Shown piece after piece: positions 63,292-64,000 of a stretch of 64,000 nt of DNA. The DNA is from an uncultured Phycisphaeraceae bacterium (GTDB lineage Bacteria > Planctomycetota > Phycisphaerae > Phycisphaerales > UBA1924). The position numbers were made by a program, and so were the translations under genes. A model generated the notes under the pieces. It saw only the letters and a list, made by a program, of their open reading frames with translations. It had not been told where the DNA came from and searched no databases. The stretch is from the NCBI GenBank assembly GCA_964350875.1, contig CAYGLT010000001.1, forward strand, positions 6,199-70,198, given 5' to 3'. Positions within the stretch are counted from its first letter, which is position 1, and every line of letters starts with the position of its first letter.

Positions 63292-64000
63292 GCCCTCGCT
63301 CCCTGCGGCAGCGCAGCGGGCTCGAGCGGTTCGGCGGATCGGACGGTGATCACGCTGTTGACCTCGCCGAACGCGTTGCTCGTGGTATCGGGGTTGTGCG
63401 GGTCCGCCTGCCAGCGGCCGTCGACGATCAGTCGATACTGACGCCTGCCAGGCGGGAGCGTCAGCAGCGCGGTGTGCGCGTTGATCCTGGGGTCGAAGGT
63501 CATCGGCGCCGCCGCGGGCGACCAGTTGTTGAAATCGCCCGCGATCACCACTCGCTGATCGGCGCGGCCCGGGTAGATGAATCGGATGCCTTCCGGAGTG
63601 TGCCGTACGCCCGCGAACGGCGGGCGTGGCGTGGCATTCAGCGCCGTCTCGTTCTCACGCGAGGAGGATTCGTCGATGATCGCGTCGTCGAACCGGCGCA
63701 TCGCGGCGGCGACCTTGGGATCGGACGACAAACGATCCTGGAGTTTGCGGCTCTGCTCGACGAGTTGGCGCGCCCGGGCGGCGAGTTCGCCAGCGCGGCT
63801 GAGCACGGGATCAGCGCTGGGCGCCGTCGTCGGCGCAGGGGCGGGTTCCTCGGCGACCGGGGCGGGCTGGGGCTTGAGTTCGGTGATCGAAGGAGCATCG
63901 CCCGCACGCTTGAGCGCGGTGCTGCTGAGCAGCCAGTCTCCCAGCGCCCCGTAGTCGGTCGCGCCGTTGGAACTCGGCGCGTATTCGCTGACGGGCTGGC
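63288..64000 (-). CDS. coiled-coil protein with C-terminal CBM48/AMPK-beta glycogen-binding-like domain (5' end outside window)
   Basis: The stretch IRFIYPGRADQRVVIAGDFNNWSPAAAPMTF...LPPGRRQYRLIVDGRWQADPHNP matches the AMPK1_CBM pattern. The frame stays open to position 64000 with no upstream ATG. Confidence 0.7.
   Translation of the reverse strand, partial: QPVSEYAPSSNGATDYGALGDWLLSSTALKRAGDAPSITELKPQPAPVAEEPAPAPTTAPSADPVLSRAGELAARARQLVEQSRKLQDRLSSDPKVAAAMRRFDDAIIDESSSRENETALNATPRPPFAGVRHTPEGIRFIYPGRADQRVVIAGDFNNWSPAAAPMTFDPRINAHTALLTLPPGRRQYRLIVDGRWQADPHNPDTTSNAFGEVNSVITVRSAEPLEPAALPQGARA

Overview
High-GC (roughly 68-70% by eye), gene-dense bacterial chromosomal segment with about 50 protein-coding genes and 3 tRNAs (Phe-GAA, Leu-TAA, Leu-CAA). 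I saw no rRNA, CRISPR array, transposase or integrase. All family calls come from motif recognition in the supplied translations; no searches were run. Many long ORFs in the track are antisense or mirror artefacts of the high GC content and were discarded. Housekeeping genes include purE-purK, nadC, lpxK, maf, tig, clpX and an aminoacyl-tRNA synthetase N-terminus at the left edge. Metal and redox genes include a P1B-4-type ATPase divergent from feoAB, plus gpx. There is also an FGE-HAD-arylsulfatase operon, a MarR-MFP-RND efflux operon, and an ECF sigma/anti-sigma module upstream of a half-set Opp/Dpp ABC pair. The window is unusually rich in secreted peptide-degrading enzymes: three S8 subtilases, M28, M14, S9/DPP-IV, two amidohydrolases and a PAD/agmatine-deiminase homologue, together with a POT peptide transporter. 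The gene content (sulfatase plus FGE, ECF sigma, dockerin-like tails) fits a Planctomycetota/Phycisphaerae-like organism, but that is inference only. The most interesting signal is a fixed-length C-terminal module built from dockerin-like EF-hand loops and bracketed by two cysteines. It ends five otherwise unrelated secreted proteins: 57 codons in four of them and 29 in one. Three copies share a 26-nt identical DNA core. No cohesin-like partner is visible in the window. This could be a docking or sorting system for an extracellular, mostly proteolytic enzyme set. Secondary leads are: a 5.3-kb segment next to tRNA-Phe flanked by identical 18-bp repeats inside terminator hairpins; a palindrome between the divergent iron import and export genes; and a ParA/MinD-like protein lacking a P-loop that is translationally coupled to a CBM48 protein.
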